A stretch of 64,000 nucleotides of DNA, from positions 64,001 through 128,000 of the IMG/VR virus record IMGVR_UViG_3300025005_000002. One strand, 5' to 3'. This document shows, piece after piece, positions 39,425 to 49,676 of the stretch. The number at the start of each line of letters is the position of its first letter. The stretch's first letter is position 1. Origin of the DNA: a virus. Made by a program: the position numbers and the translations under genes. The notes under the pieces were generated by a model. The model was given only the letters and a program-made list of their open reading frames with translations. It ran no database searches and had not been told where the DNA came from.

Positions 39425-41249
39425 AGAATTATATGATATTGCTAAAGAATGTCGTGATACAGGTAATACTCAAAGATTTAATAATATATTACCTAATCAT
39501 TATTTAGCCAAGGGTGAGAAATTTGTATTACTAGAAGGTAATAGTAAATATGGGGCTATGTTTAATTCAATTAATAATGTTGCAGAACTTGATGCGTGGG
39601 CAAGTAGTAATTATAAGTTATCTGGTAGGTATTCCGATGAATTGACAATAGCACTTTTGCCAAAACTATTAAATATACGCCTTGAAATTAAGAATAGATT
39701 TATATATAAAGCGTTATGGATGATAACACCAGGAATGAATGTTGATATAACCCATAATATTCATTTTATCGGTGGTGTACCTATTTGTCGTATGCCCTCA
39801 GATAATGGGTACATTCTTGGTTCGATTGTTTCTAAATTGTCAAACCAAGAATTATACAAATTGATGATATCACCATTTCCAGATGAACAGATATTAGCGT
39901 GTGATTTTGTTGTTTCGTGCGCACATTTTATGCCAATAGTATTTGATGAGATTGGTGATATGTTTGAAACTTTAAATAGGATTGGATTTAAGACTGCTGT
40001 TTTGTTGGGTACTACGACACCAAAATGGAGTCGAGCTATTGAGAGTGCTAAGTTGGTTGCTGGGAGTGGTAATCTTGGGTATGCGTGTACAAAGGTATTA
40101 ACTTCGTATAGTGATATAGAAATGGTAGATCTCTTATCAACCACTACAATCAATAAATGGGGTGTTACTACAGACATTTCCCCAACAACATTATTTGAGG
40201 TTGTTGGATTGTCTTGGGATACGGTCGTGGATAATGGTCAGGTCAATATTATACCGGTTGTTGCATTTAAATATGGTAATTATCCATTAGAAGGTGTGGC
40301 CCCTGGTCAAATTAAGATTGATACCAAAGCTAGGGTATTTTATAAAAAGATATTTGGGTTTAATGTACGAGATATAGATAAGTATTGTATTGGTGATGTG
40401 TTTTCGTGTGTTATTAAAGATGGGCAGATTTTATTAGAAAGGAAATTTGGTAGTGGTAAAATACCAATTTTGGCTCCTGGATGTCCAAAATGTGGTTATA
40501 GGGTTGATGTTAGGGATAACAAAATGTTTTGTATTAATCCTAGATGCCCAGCGGTTATACTTGGTAGTGTGCAAACTTGGGTGGATAAATTCTGCCCACA
40601 AGTTGGGCAACATATAATGGTTGATTTTATGCGTCGATATGAGATATCTAATATTGGTGATATTTATATGGTAGCAGATTCTGGTGATATGTCTATTGTT
40701 GAGTACCTGCCAATATTTGAAGGTGTTGAAAAAAGTAGGCAAGCTCCAGGAGAATTTTTAAATGTCTTAATGCCATTTTTAGATTTTCCAATATGTGATA
40801 GAATTATGGCATCTTTTTCGGTTAGTAGTATGGGTGTTGAACATACTATTGATCAGATTTTTTTGCCTTCCACATTAGCACGGTTGGAACTTGATGGTGA
40901 TATTATTGATAAAACGTTAGAATTTCTAGATACAAATAAGGTGCAGTTTGTAAATTTTATGCGGCGATATAGGGAACCACCGTCAAAACACAAATTATAT
41001 AAGAGAACATTTTTTATAGATGGATTACTTTATGATAGAGATAGGTTTAAATATGAAAAAGTTATTAGTAATTATTGTGGTAGGGTTATTTCTAATTTCA
41101 TGCCATATGTTACTGGGGTTATTTATGGAAAATATATAGACAGTGTAACGATGGGAGCGATCAAGCAGTTGGCTACACATAAAGATGTTGCGATATATTC
41201 TGAGGAAGAATTTAATAAGCTTGTTAATCAAGCAGATGGGGGTAAGTGA
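39414..41249 (+). CDS. Degenerate NAD-dependent DNA ligase (LigA-like architecture)
   Basis: CPKCG..FCINPRCPA Zn finger, HhH-like region and C-terminal BRCT-like domain (RTFFIDG..GRVIS). The adenylation motif KxDG reads PKLLN. RBS before ATG 39414. Confidence 0.7.
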   Translation: MTNKELYDIAKECRDTGNTQRFNNILPNHYLAKGEKFVLLEGNSKYGAMFNSINNVAELDAWASSNYKLSGRYSDELTIALLPKLLNIRLEIKNRFIYKALWMITPGMNVDITHNIHFIGGVPICRMPSDNGYILGSIVSKLSNQELYKLMISPFPDEQILACDFVVSCAHFMPIVFDEIGDMFETLNRIGFKTAVLLGTTTPKWSRAIESAKLVAGSGNLGYACTKVLTSYSDIEMVDLLSTTTINKWGVTTDISPTTLFEVVGLSWDTVVDNGQVNIIPVVAFKYGNYPLEGVAPGQIKIDTKARVFYKKIFGFNVRDIDKYCIGDVFSCVIKDGQILLERKFGSGKIPILAPGCPKCGYRVDVRDNKMFCINPRCPAVILGSVQTWVDKFCPQVGQHIMVDFMRRYEISNIGDIYMVADSGDMSIVEYLPIFEGVEKSRQAPGEFLNVLMPFLDFPICDRIMASFSVSSMGVEHTIDQIFLPSTLARLELDGDIIDKTLEFLDTNKVQFVNFMRRYREPPSKHKLYKRTFFIDGLLYDRDRFKYEKVISNYCGRVISNFMPYVTGVIYGKYIDSVTMGAIKQLATHKDVAIYSEEEFNKLVNQADGGK

Positions 41250-41449
41250 TGCCTAAAGAAGATGAATTTGAAAATGCTGTAGACCCAGGGGAGCCACCAG
41301 TTGTAGAAGCTCCTGGTGCAGAAGAGGAAGTAGATGATTTCCCAGATGCTCAGATTTTGGTTGACGAGACAACTGGACAGACGTTCATTGCTTTCGAAGT
41401 TCAACCGCAGGATGTAATAGAAGAAGAAGAGAAAGAAGAGAAAGAATAA
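41246..41449 (+). CDS. Small highly acidic protein
   Basis: 24 Asp/Glu versus 3 Lys in 67 aa; GTGA/ATG-coupled to the ligase-like gene. Confidence 0.65.
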   Translation: MMPKEDEFENAVDPGEPPVVEAPGAEEEVDDFPDAQILVDETTGQTFIAFEVQPQDVIEEEEKEEKE

Positions 41450-41962
41450 ATGCCCCACAAAAATAAAGAGGAGGTAAAAGAGTACAAACGTAAATACTAT
41501 ATAAAAAATAAGGAGGAGATAAACAAGAAACAAGGGGTGTACAGGTGTAATAATCGAGAGAAAATACGTGTGCAGGAAAACGATCATTACAAAAAGTTTA
41601 GTGGTAAAATTAGAAAATATAGTAGGGGACAAGGATACAAATATCGCACAAGGCTTAAATTAGAATGTTTAACTCATTATTCTTTATTTGATTTTCCTAA
41701 ATGCTCTTACCCAGGATGTGAAGTAGCTGATGTTGATATGCTTGTATTGGACCATGTGATGGATAATGGGTCAAAACACAGAGAAGAAGTCAAAGCCACA
41801 CATGGCAAATCTAGTACTAGTTTTTTTGTGTTTTTAATTAAAAGCAATTTCCCACTTGGTATATAAGTATTATGTGCTAATCATAATTTAAAGAAAGAAA
41901 TTGAAAGGAAAAGGCAGATGATGTTACACCAAGGGATAAATACAGGGGGAGAGGAAAAATAG
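41450..41962 (+). pseudogene. HNH-like homing endonuclease with a premature TAA
   Basis: LVLDHVMDNG..FPLGI*VLCANHNLKK; the paralog at 56668 reads YPTEFQVLCWNHNMKK. TAA at 41864-41866; the frame continues to TAG 41962, abutting purZ. Confidence 0.85.
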
Positions 41963-43144
41963 ATGTCTAAGGTAACAGTATTGGTTGGTGGGGCTTGGGG
42001 TAGTGAAGGAAAAGGTAAACTTGCGAATATTATCGCGGACTACTATAGTGTTCATGTTCGTACTGGTGCGCCAAATGCGGGGCATACAATTTACTATAAT
42101 GGGGATAAGGTTGTAATGCAAACTATCCCAGTTGGCTGGACCAATTTTGATGCCAAGTTAATAATTGGTGCTGGTGGGATGATTATACCAGAGCTTTTCT
42201 TTAAAGAGATTGCAATGCTTAAGAAATATGATCCTAATATTGAAAAGCGAGTTTTTATTCATCCAAATGTAGTGATTATTGAGCCTAAGCATATTTTGGC
42301 TGAGTATGGGCAGACTGAACCTTGTGATTATGCCCATAAGCCAATGGAGTGCCCACAGTGGCAGACAATTAAAGCAAATATTCAGAACGACCTAGTAGAT
42401 CCGTGCACTAAGTGTGATAAGTTGAGTGATAATGATCTTTGGAAGAAGGTTGGATCAACGCGTGAGGGTTGTGGTGCCGCACTCGCAGATAAGATTTGGC
42501 GTGGTGCTTCCCCAAGAGGGCTGGTCAAGTTGGCTGGTGAATGGCCCGGAATTAAGGAATTTTGTTGTGATACCACACTAATGATTAATGAGTTGATTGA
42601 TGATGGTGAATCAGTATTACTAGAGGGAACACAAGGGTCGGGTCTTTCATTGCATCATGGTACTTATCCGAAGACTACATCTCGGGATACTAATGCGGGG
42701 GGGTGGATTAGTGAAGCTGGGATTTCTCCATTGGTTGTCACTGACGTTATTGCTGCTATCCGCCCTTATCCTATTAGGGTGGCTGGTGATAGCGGTCCTA
42801 CGGGCTCACAGGAAATCACGTGGGCAGAAGTTGAGCGTAGAGCTGGTGTTCCAGAGGGAAGTTTTAAGGAAATTACGACAGTCACCAAGCGCGTTAGGCG
42901 GGTATTTGAATTTTCTAATGAGTGGTTTAAGAAAACGGCGATGATCAACCGTTTCACCGGTATTGGTTTAATGTTTGCTGATTACATCTCTGCCAAGGAT
43001 GCTGGTGTTAATAAGTGGGATGAACTTTCTGATGAGACCAAGGCTTGGGTGGCAGCATTTGAAGAGGAATACAATATTCCAATTGTTTGGATTTCAACAG
43101 GGCCATACAAAGAACAAACTATAATTAGGGAGGTATTTGAATAA
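41963..43144 (+). CDS. purZ: PurZ0-like adenylosuccinate-synthetase-family enzyme (N6-succino-2-amino-dAMP synthetase candidate)
   Basis: GSEGKG (Ser at the PurA catalytic Asp13 position), PNAGHT, EGTQG, IRPYPIRVAGDSG, ITTVTKRVRRV, MFADY and ISTGP. Confidence 0.75.
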   Translation: MSKVTVLVGGAWGSEGKGKLANIIADYYSVHVRTGAPNAGHTIYYNGDKVVMQTIPVGWTNFDAKLIIGAGGMIIPELFFKEIAMLKKYDPNIEKRVFIHPNVVIIEPKHILAEYGQTEPCDYAHKPMECPQWQTIKANIQNDLVDPCTKCDKLSDNDLWKKVGSTREGCGAALADKIWRGASPRGLVKLAGEWPGIKEFCCDTTLMINELIDDGESVLLEGTQGSGLSLHHGTYPKTTSRDTNAGGWISEAGISPLVVTDVIAAIRPYPIRVAGDSGPTGSQEITWAEVERRAGVPEGSFKEITTVTKRVRRVFEFSNEWFKKTAMINRFTGIGLMFADYISAKDAGVNKWDELSDETKAWVAAFEEEYNIPIVWISTGPYKEQTIIREVFE

Positions 43145-43653
43145 TGGTGATGCTAAAATTAACACCGATTCCATTGGAAGAGCAAGCATGTTGTACAAAA
43201 GATGACGTTTTTGTGGTACAACACAATGCTGATGAAGATGCATGTTGTGGCCCAGTAAATGAGATCCTCGGTATTTTCACCAATGAAAAGGCAGCTAAGA
43301 AGTGTGCAGTGGCTGCCAAAAAGGCAGATGGGTATAAGGGTAAGGAAGTGAAGTTTCATTCGTATGATGTGGAATCATGGGTAGTAAGCGATAAGTTTAG
43401 GGAGTGGTGATAAATGATATATAATGTATCACTTGGTATTACATTAAATATGGGTAATTTTAATTCAGTGCGTGCAGAGGTTACTACCGGGGCCGAGAAT
43501 TATAGCGAAGCATTCGAAGAGTCACGCACAAAACTTTTCGATGCAGCATACCATTTAGCAAAGGAGGTGGAAAAAGGATTAGGATCAAATACAATTAGCG
43601 ACAGTGCCGTTGGATTTTTGGCTAGCAAGCTGACTGAAGAACCACGAATTTGA
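43144..43653 (+). other. Two small hypothetical ORFs (43144-43410, 43414-43653)
   Basis: Coupled ORFs. Confidence 0.6.
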
Positions 43654-43682
43654 GGCAGCGCCTCAAAGAACAGGAGCTTTAA

Positions 43683-44972
43683 ATGGGCTGGAGAGACAGC
43701 AGATTTGGTTTTATGAAAATTGAGGATAATAAGAAGTACAGAGTTCGGATTTTAATGCCATTTAAATGTAAGAAGTGCGGTGTCAGTGGGTATTATCCTA
43801 ACTGGCCAAATGTGACGTGCACCTGTGGTGTTGGATCTGATGATTTAGTAGAAGCCGAGTGCGTATCAGGTTGGTACCATCGCGTTCCTAGTGTATCAGA
43901 CCCAGTGACACGTGCGACGATTCGTAAATATCGTACGTTCTTATGTAATATTCAGGGTGTGGCCCGTGGTGGAAAGCGTGAATGTCAAGCAGATCTCTGT
44001 GGTAAGTTGGACCCAATGTTTAGGATGCTTGCACCTAGGGATCAGAGGCGAAAGCGCAATGGTGTGGAGGTCGATAGCCATTTTGGGATTACCCCACAGC
44101 ATATAATCACGGTCTACAGCTATGATGAGCAGAAGCCAATGGTATTGAAATTTGGTAATGATCTTCGTAGTGAGTTTGTGCGGATTATCACTGCCAAGAA
44201 TTCTCTAGCTGGCCGGGATATTATCGTGTGGCGGGAGAAAAATAATAACCAGACTACATACAAGGCAGAAGCACAAGATCCTTCTTCTTTTTCAGAGAAT
44301 GTTGATTATGGTTCGATCTCGTTTGATGCAGTATTAGCTTTTGAAAATGTTGCCCCAGTGAAGGTGTGGGAATTTGTTTCTACTGGCAAAATCTCTGGTG
44401 AGGGGGGATCAAGTGCCCTTCCTTTTAGTGAACAATCTAAGGCCATTGCTGGTGGGTTCCCAACTCAAGGTGATATTGACAAATATAAGCAAGCTCGTTT
44501 GCTCGTGGTAGATGTTGGTAAGAGATATGTCGGCAGAACTTTTGGATATTTAATTGATAATAATGAGCCGGATTATTTTAAGTGGCTTATTAATATGTCT
44601 AATTCTCCAGAAGTGAAGGCTGGGGCTGAGTGGATCTCTAGTTTGTATACTACTGGTAATATCCATTTGTTACTAAAGGTCCTAAATGATCCCCCAGAGC
44701 CGAGTGGTAATGGTGTGGGGTCTAGTGGTGAACCAGAACCAGCAATGAAGACTTCATATGTTGGGGAGCCTAGTGGTATTACTCCACAGTCTACGCGTGT
44801 TGATGAGATTAACAAAATTTTTGAGGCAAAATTTGTCGGTAAATCAGATAAAGAAATGATTGATTTCCTATCTGGAGTTTATGGTCAATATAAAAATGTT
44901 ACTGAATTGTCAATTGCATCATGGTCAGAAGAGAAGCTTAATGCGCTGGTTGAAGCATTAGCGAAGATTTAA
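43683..44972 (+). CDS. gp32-like single-stranded DNA-binding protein with Zn ribbon and a C-terminal DUF3820-like module
   Basis: KIEDNKKYRVRIL..GWYH..FLC..CQADLC..VLKFG pattern; GKRYVGRTFGYL..PDYFKWL module; located just upstream of recA. Confidence 0.6.
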   Translation: MGWRDSRFGFMKIEDNKKYRVRILMPFKCKKCGVSGYYPNWPNVTCTCGVGSDDLVEAECVSGWYHRVPSVSDPVTRATIRKYRTFLCNIQGVARGGKRECQADLCGKLDPMFRMLAPRDQRRKRNGVEVDSHFGITPQHIITVYSYDEQKPMVLKFGNDLRSEFVRIITAKNSLAGRDIIVWREKNNNQTTYKAEAQDPSSFSENVDYGSISFDAVLAFENVAPVKVWEFVSTGKISGEGGSSALPFSEQSKAIAGGFPTQGDIDKYKQARLLVVDVGKRYVGRTFGYLIDNNEPDYFKWLINMSNSPEVKAGAEWISSLYTTGNIHLLLKVLNDPPEPSGNGVGSSGEPEPAMKTSYVGEPSGITPQSTRVDEINKIFEAKFVGKSDKEMIDFLSGVYGQYKNVTELSIASWSEEKLNALVEALAKI

Positions 44973-44976
44973 TATT

Positions 44977-46062
44977 ATGGCAAAGAATGTAGTAGATGTA
45001 ATTAATTCTCGCTACGGGGCAACAACTATGATGTCTGGGGTGGACCGCACTGAGCGGTCCCCCATTCTTTTAGATTCTGGTGTATTAAGTTTAAATTTAG
45101 CTATTGGTACGAATGGGTTTCTTGGTGGTAGGATGGGGTTGGTGTGGGGAGAGAAACAATCGGGTAAGACCTTATTATCAACTTGTTTTGCTACGAGAGT
45201 CCAGAAAGATGGTGGTAAAGTGGCGTTCCTTGATGTTGAAGGGACATTTGATATGAAATTTGCTAAAAATTTGGGTATTGATCCTGCTAAACTTTTTATT
45301 ATCTCTTCTAAAGATGAAAGGGTAAATGAAAAGACTGGCGAATTGTTAGACCCATTGTTTGGCGAAGAATGGATTGATATCCTCATTGAGCTTATTAAAT
45401 CTAGGGAATACAATTTAATAATCTTAGATTCTATACCAGCATTGGTTCCAAGGGTTAAGATGGAAGCTGATACGGTAGATCAAAGCAAATTGAAGGCTGC
45501 ATCAGCACAGTTGATGGCAGAAATGCTTCCTAAAGTCAATTCATATTTAAATATGAATCCGTCGTGTTTTGTGTTGTTTATCTCGCAACAACGTTCAAAT
45601 CCAATGGTGACACATGGAAGCAATAGGAAGGCGGCTGGAGGGGATACAGCTGGGTTTTTCATATCTTATGAACTCTATGCTCGTAAGACTGAGAGTATTA
45701 GACGTAAAATTGCGCTTACACCGACTAAAATGGTTGAGGAAGAGGTCGCTATTCGGGTGGCGTATAGGGTTATGAAGAATAAGGTTGCCCGAGTGAATGA
45801 GCCAGCTGAGTTTATTGTTGATTTAGGTACTGGTGTAGACATAGTGGATGATACATTTGGTGTGGCTAAGCAATTTGGGATTATCAAGACTGCCGGTAGT
45901 TGGTTTTCATTTGAAGACAAGAAGGCAGCAGGTGAACAAAAGTTTAAAGAGTTAATGCAAGATCCCATAATTTTAGAGGAGATACGGGCTAAATGTGTTC
46001 AGGCACTAATTGGTCGTGATAATAATGGGCTAGTAGAAGAAGTATTGGTTGCTAACGAGTGA
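44977..46062 (+). CDS. recA: RecA/UvsX recombinase
   Basis: SGVLSLNLAIG, Walker A GEKQSGKT, AFLDVEG, LIILDSI, FISQQR, MKNKVA and AGSWF. Confidence 0.95.
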   Translation: MAKNVVDVINSRYGATTMMSGVDRTERSPILLDSGVLSLNLAIGTNGFLGGRMGLVWGEKQSGKTLLSTCFATRVQKDGGKVAFLDVEGTFDMKFAKNLGIDPAKLFIISSKDERVNEKTGELLDPLFGEEWIDILIELIKSREYNLIILDSIPALVPRVKMEADTVDQSKLKAASAQLMAEMLPKVNSYLNMNPSCFVLFISQQRSNPMVTHGSNRKAAGGDTAGFFISYELYARKTESIRRKIALTPTKMVEEEVAIRVAYRVMKNKVARVNEPAEFIVDLGTGVDIVDDTFGVAKQFGIIKTAGSWFSFEDKKAAGEQKFKELMQDPIILEEIRAKCVQALIGRDNNGLVEEVLVANE

Positions 46063-46188
46063 ATAAAATAAGCGAGGGTATACACAATAAAAATGATTAG
46101 ATTTCATGTTGTGAGTGGTGCGATAAAATGAAGTGGATATATATACAAGTAGATTTTATTAAACAATACCAGAAGATTGTTGGATATT

Positions 46189-46731
46189 ATGGCAACAAAT
46201 AGAGGAACGTGGCAATCTATGGAGCGGCATATAGCAAAATTATTGGGGAGTTGCAGACAATATGGACAAAGTGCGAAGAGTAGTCGGTTTAAGGACCTGA
46301 GTATGCTTGGTGATGTGAAAACTGATAAGTATTTAATTGAATGTAAATTACGGGATTATGCTCCAAGAACATTCCGTATAAAACACCCACGCAAGTTTTA
46401 TTATAAATTTTCGGTTAAAAATGAGTGGTGGAAGGGGATCATAAAAGAGGCTACAATATCTGGTCGAATTCCAGTTCTTATTGTTAAGGCTAAGTATGGG
46501 CAAGACGAAGATATGATTGCAATAATGCGTGAAGATGAATTGCCATATGGATATACACCCAAAATACAACCAGATGCTTTACATAAAGTATTAAAATCTT
46601 CGGTATCCTTAAGACTAGACGGTACGTTTCCATGGGGATATGTATTGTTTAATGAATGGGTGGTGGCGCTATCATTTAAAGAATTTTTAGATGCTGTACG
46701 GAGGGCAAATGATTCCGGAACTACAGCCTAA
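46189..46731 (+). CDS. PD-(D/E)xK Holliday junction resolvase-like nuclease
   Basis: MERHIAKLLG...GDVKTDKYLIECK; adjacent to recA. Confidence 0.75.
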   Translation: MATNRGTWQSMERHIAKLLGSCRQYGQSAKSSRFKDLSMLGDVKTDKYLIECKLRDYAPRTFRIKHPRKFYYKFSVKNEWWKGIIKEATISGRIPVLIVKAKYGQDEDMIAIMREDELPYGYTPKIQPDALHKVLKSSVSLRLDGTFPWGYVLFNEWVVALSFKEFLDAVRRANDSGTTA

Positions 46732-47452
46732 ACCAAATGTTTCTATATTAAACATAGAAAATATTAATGTTGATGATCTAGTGGCGTTTATTTACCCAAT
46801 GAAAGTTATCCCGTTGTCTGATAGTATTGATGTAATAGCACCACTTTTGCCCCATTTTGCAAATGAATACAACCTTTTTTCGCAGTTACATGCTAAGATG
46901 ATGGCAGTTAAGTCTAGGATTAAGTCTACAGAAACTAATGTAAAGATTGATGTGTTGTATAGGGCACTTAGGTGTGCAGAGATGAACTATAATGCTGTAT
47001 CTAGGATATTGACTGTGGTACAGTCTAAGAATCCAGCACAGAAATGGAATAATACTACATTGGGGGGGTAATGGCAGTTATATACCCAAGAAGAATATAT
47101 ATACCAGAAGGGTATGTTAGGTGTTATAAATGTGGTAGTACTGGGCGTATGCCGAGACACAGGGAAACATGGGAAGCCCCGCTTATAGGAGATGACACGG
47201 TATCGTGTGATGGGTGTCATGGTCTTGGGATGACACTAAATAAGTCTGTGTGTGTTGGGGGAGATAATGAAAAATGATAAAGTAATATTGTGTGGGATAC
47301 AATTAATAACTGCGAATATTGCTGAATTACTTGCTACTAAATTTCCGGAGGGTACATTGGTTGATGTTACTTCTTTAAATGAGGCACTTACATATTTAAA
47401 TCTTACACTAGAAATGGAGATCCTTAAACTCGATGGATATAGTACGGATTAA
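46691..47452 (+). other. Three small ORFs (46691-47071; 47071-47277 CxxCxxxG Zn finger; 47252-47452)
   Basis: Coupled ORFs; CYKCGSTG..CDGCHGLG in the second. Confidence 0.6.
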
Positions 47453-48857
47453 GGTTAATAATGTTTATGGTCAAATACTTGATCCGATCCCAGAGAAGGT
47501 TTTCAAGGAGTTAAGAGAAGATTGTTCATATATTTCTAAGCAACTTGCTTATTCCTCTAGGCAGTATGGGTACCACCCACATCCAACTTATAGATTTAGT
47601 AAAACAATGGTTTTTAGGGTTGGATTACTAAGTAGAATACGGGGTATTCTTAGATCTCATAGTGTTCTCGCACATATTTTAGAGGAAGAGTGTAGTGATG
47701 AAACTGTGGGGTCTCCTATTCCAATAAGTGATAATTTTAAATTGCGTGATTATCAATTTAGTGCGGTAGATGATATATTGAAACGTCGCAAGACTGCCCA
47801 CGAAATTGCTACTGGTGGTGGCAAGACAATTATTATGGGGGATGCGATAGCTAAGATTGGTTTAAAGACTACAGTGCTCACCAATAGTACCGTGCTAATG
47901 CATCAGACAGCGAAGTTACTTAAGCAGATGTTGGGCATAGAAATTGGTATGGTTGGTGACTCAATTTTTAATCCAAAAGATGTGACAGTTGCAATGGTAC
48001 AATCTTTGGAGGGGGTATATGACAAGGAGGATGCGTCATCAAATAAAGGTGACAAGATTTCGCTTATCGAAGGTACTAAGTTTCTTATTGTGGATGAGTG
48101 CCATAGAATTGCGGCAAAAACGATCTTTGATCTCTCAGCTAATTTTAAAGGTGCAAGATACGCAACGTTTTTTACGGCCACCATGCGTAGATTGGATGGA
48201 AAAGACCTAGATTTAGAGGCCGCATCAGGGCCAATTTATTATTCGGTACCGATGATAAAACTCATGGATGAGGGATGGTTGGTGAGACCAACGGTATATT
48301 GTTTAAAGGTCCCACCTAGGTATATTTCACCAAAAGATTCGCACTTAATAGATTGTAAAGTGTATAACACATTGCGGGATTTCCATATTGATAAATATCA
48401 AGAGAGGACAGAATTAATAGCAGAAGCCGCCACGCACATGGTCAATTATGGGCTTCAAGTTCTTATAAGTGTAAGACACATAGAACATGGAAACAATATT
48501 AAAAAATTATTACCTAGTGCAATAGAGATTTATGCTGAAACTAGTGGACAATCGGCATTATTTGATTCTATAAGAAATAATGAAAGTGGTGGGATTTTAA
48601 TCAGTACATTATGTAAAGAAGGGTGGGATATGCCTAATTGTTCTGGACTTATTATCGCATCAGATACACAAGATCCAGAACAATTAGTTGGCAGGATTGT
48701 TAGGTTACATCCGCACAAAACTTGTGCGATTGTTGTACATTTGGCAGATCAACACCCAATATTTAGACGACACCTAAAAAATAGTGAAAGAATATTTTAT
48801 AATAAGAATAAGTTTGATATTAAAAAGGTAGATTTTATAAATGAAATCAAGAAATGA
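47433..48857 (+). CDS. Superfamily 2 DNA helicase (UvsW-like)
   Basis: LRDYQ Q-motif, IATGGGKT, IVDECH, FTAT, EGWDMP and QLVGRIVR. Confidence 0.95.
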   Translation: MDIVRIKVNNVYGQILDPIPEKVFKELREDCSYISKQLAYSSRQYGYHPHPTYRFSKTMVFRVGLLSRIRGILRSHSVLAHILEEECSDETVGSPIPISDNFKLRDYQFSAVDDILKRRKTAHEIATGGGKTIIMGDAIAKIGLKTTVLTNSTVLMHQTAKLLKQMLGIEIGMVGDSIFNPKDVTVAMVQSLEGVYDKEDASSNKGDKISLIEGTKFLIVDECHRIAAKTIFDLSANFKGARYATFFTATMRRLDGKDLDLEAASGPIYYSVPMIKLMDEGWLVRPTVYCLKVPPRYISPKDSHLIDCKVYNTLRDFHIDKYQERTELIAEAATHMVNYGLQVLISVRHIEHGNNIKKLLPSAIEIYAETSGQSALFDSIRNNESGGILISTLCKEGWDMPNCSGLIIASDTQDPEQLVGRIVRLHPHKTCAIVVHLADQHPIFRRHLKNSERIFYNKNKFDIKKVDFINEIKK

Positions 48858-49482
48858 AATAATGAGAAATAATAGGAAGAGACGTAAAATAGAAAATAAA
48901 TGTGAAATTTGTAGTGCACCTAGGTACAAAGATAGTAGTAACTGTTTGAAATGTCTCAAGAAAAGACAAGAACATAATCAAAAATCATATGCCAAACAAA
49001 AAATAATGAAAAATAATGGGGTATGTATAAATGGTGATAATAGGCCACTATATACAAGTTGGTATTGTAAAGAGTGTTGGGATAAAAGATATGGCAAACA
49101 AAAAGATAATGTTAGAGATAGAATAAATAAGGGTCTGTGTGTGCATTGTGGTAATGTTGCCACTATCACTTTAACAGATCGGACATTTTGTGACATTTGC
49201 TGGTTTAAAAATCAAGCCAAAACTCACACTGGGTCACGCAAAAATTTTAAAGAGATTGAACAAATTTTACAAAAACAAGAATATAAATGTGTATATTCCA
49301 AAATTGAGTTACGATTAGGCGTAAACGCAAGTTTAGATCATATAATACCAATGTCTAGGGGCGGGGCAAGAGATATTAATAATATCCAATGGGTTGATAT
49401 TAATGTCAATTTAATGAAACACAAACTTACACACTCTGAATTTATATCTCTAATAAAAGAAATATACAAGAATGTTAAATGA
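48841..49482 (+). CDS. HNH endonuclease with Cys-rich N-terminal repeats
   Basis: Multiple CxxC; CVYS..SLDHIIPMSRGG..NNIQWV..NLMK. Confidence 0.85.
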   Translation: MKSRNEIMRNNRKRRKIENKCEICSAPRYKDSSNCLKCLKKRQEHNQKSYAKQKIMKNNGVCINGDNRPLYTSWYCKECWDKRYGKQKDNVRDRINKGLCVHCGNVATITLTDRTFCDICWFKNQAKTHTGSRKNFKEIEQILQKQEYKCVYSKIELRLGVNASLDHIIPMSRGGARDINNIQWVDINVNLMKHKLTHSEFISLIKEIYKNVK

Positions 49483-49676
49483 CTTATCAAGAATTGTGTG
49501 ACAATCCACATTGTTATATATTTAGGTATATTCTCGCTGATTATGTGGAGGAATATATCGGGCAGGGGTGGGAAATAGTAGGTATGATGCAAAATACGTC
49601 AATCGCTATTAATAGTGTGATATCATATATTATGGCATTAGAAATACAATAGAAAGGAGACATTAATATTAAACTT

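Noticed and set aside
8731-41962. Stop-codon reassignment (TGA=Trp or TAA=Gln) suggested by three in-frame stops
   Set aside because: TAA, TGA and TAG all terminate many well-defined genes with tight coupling, long conserved genes have no internal stops, and no suppressor tRNA is present. The UAA anticodon reads UUA (Leu), not a stop.
41963-43144. Ordinary purA auxiliary gene
   Set aside because: It lacks the catalytic Asp of GDEGKG and the KAYxTRVG and TKLD motifs; the pattern fits PurZ0 better. This is not excluded without an assay.
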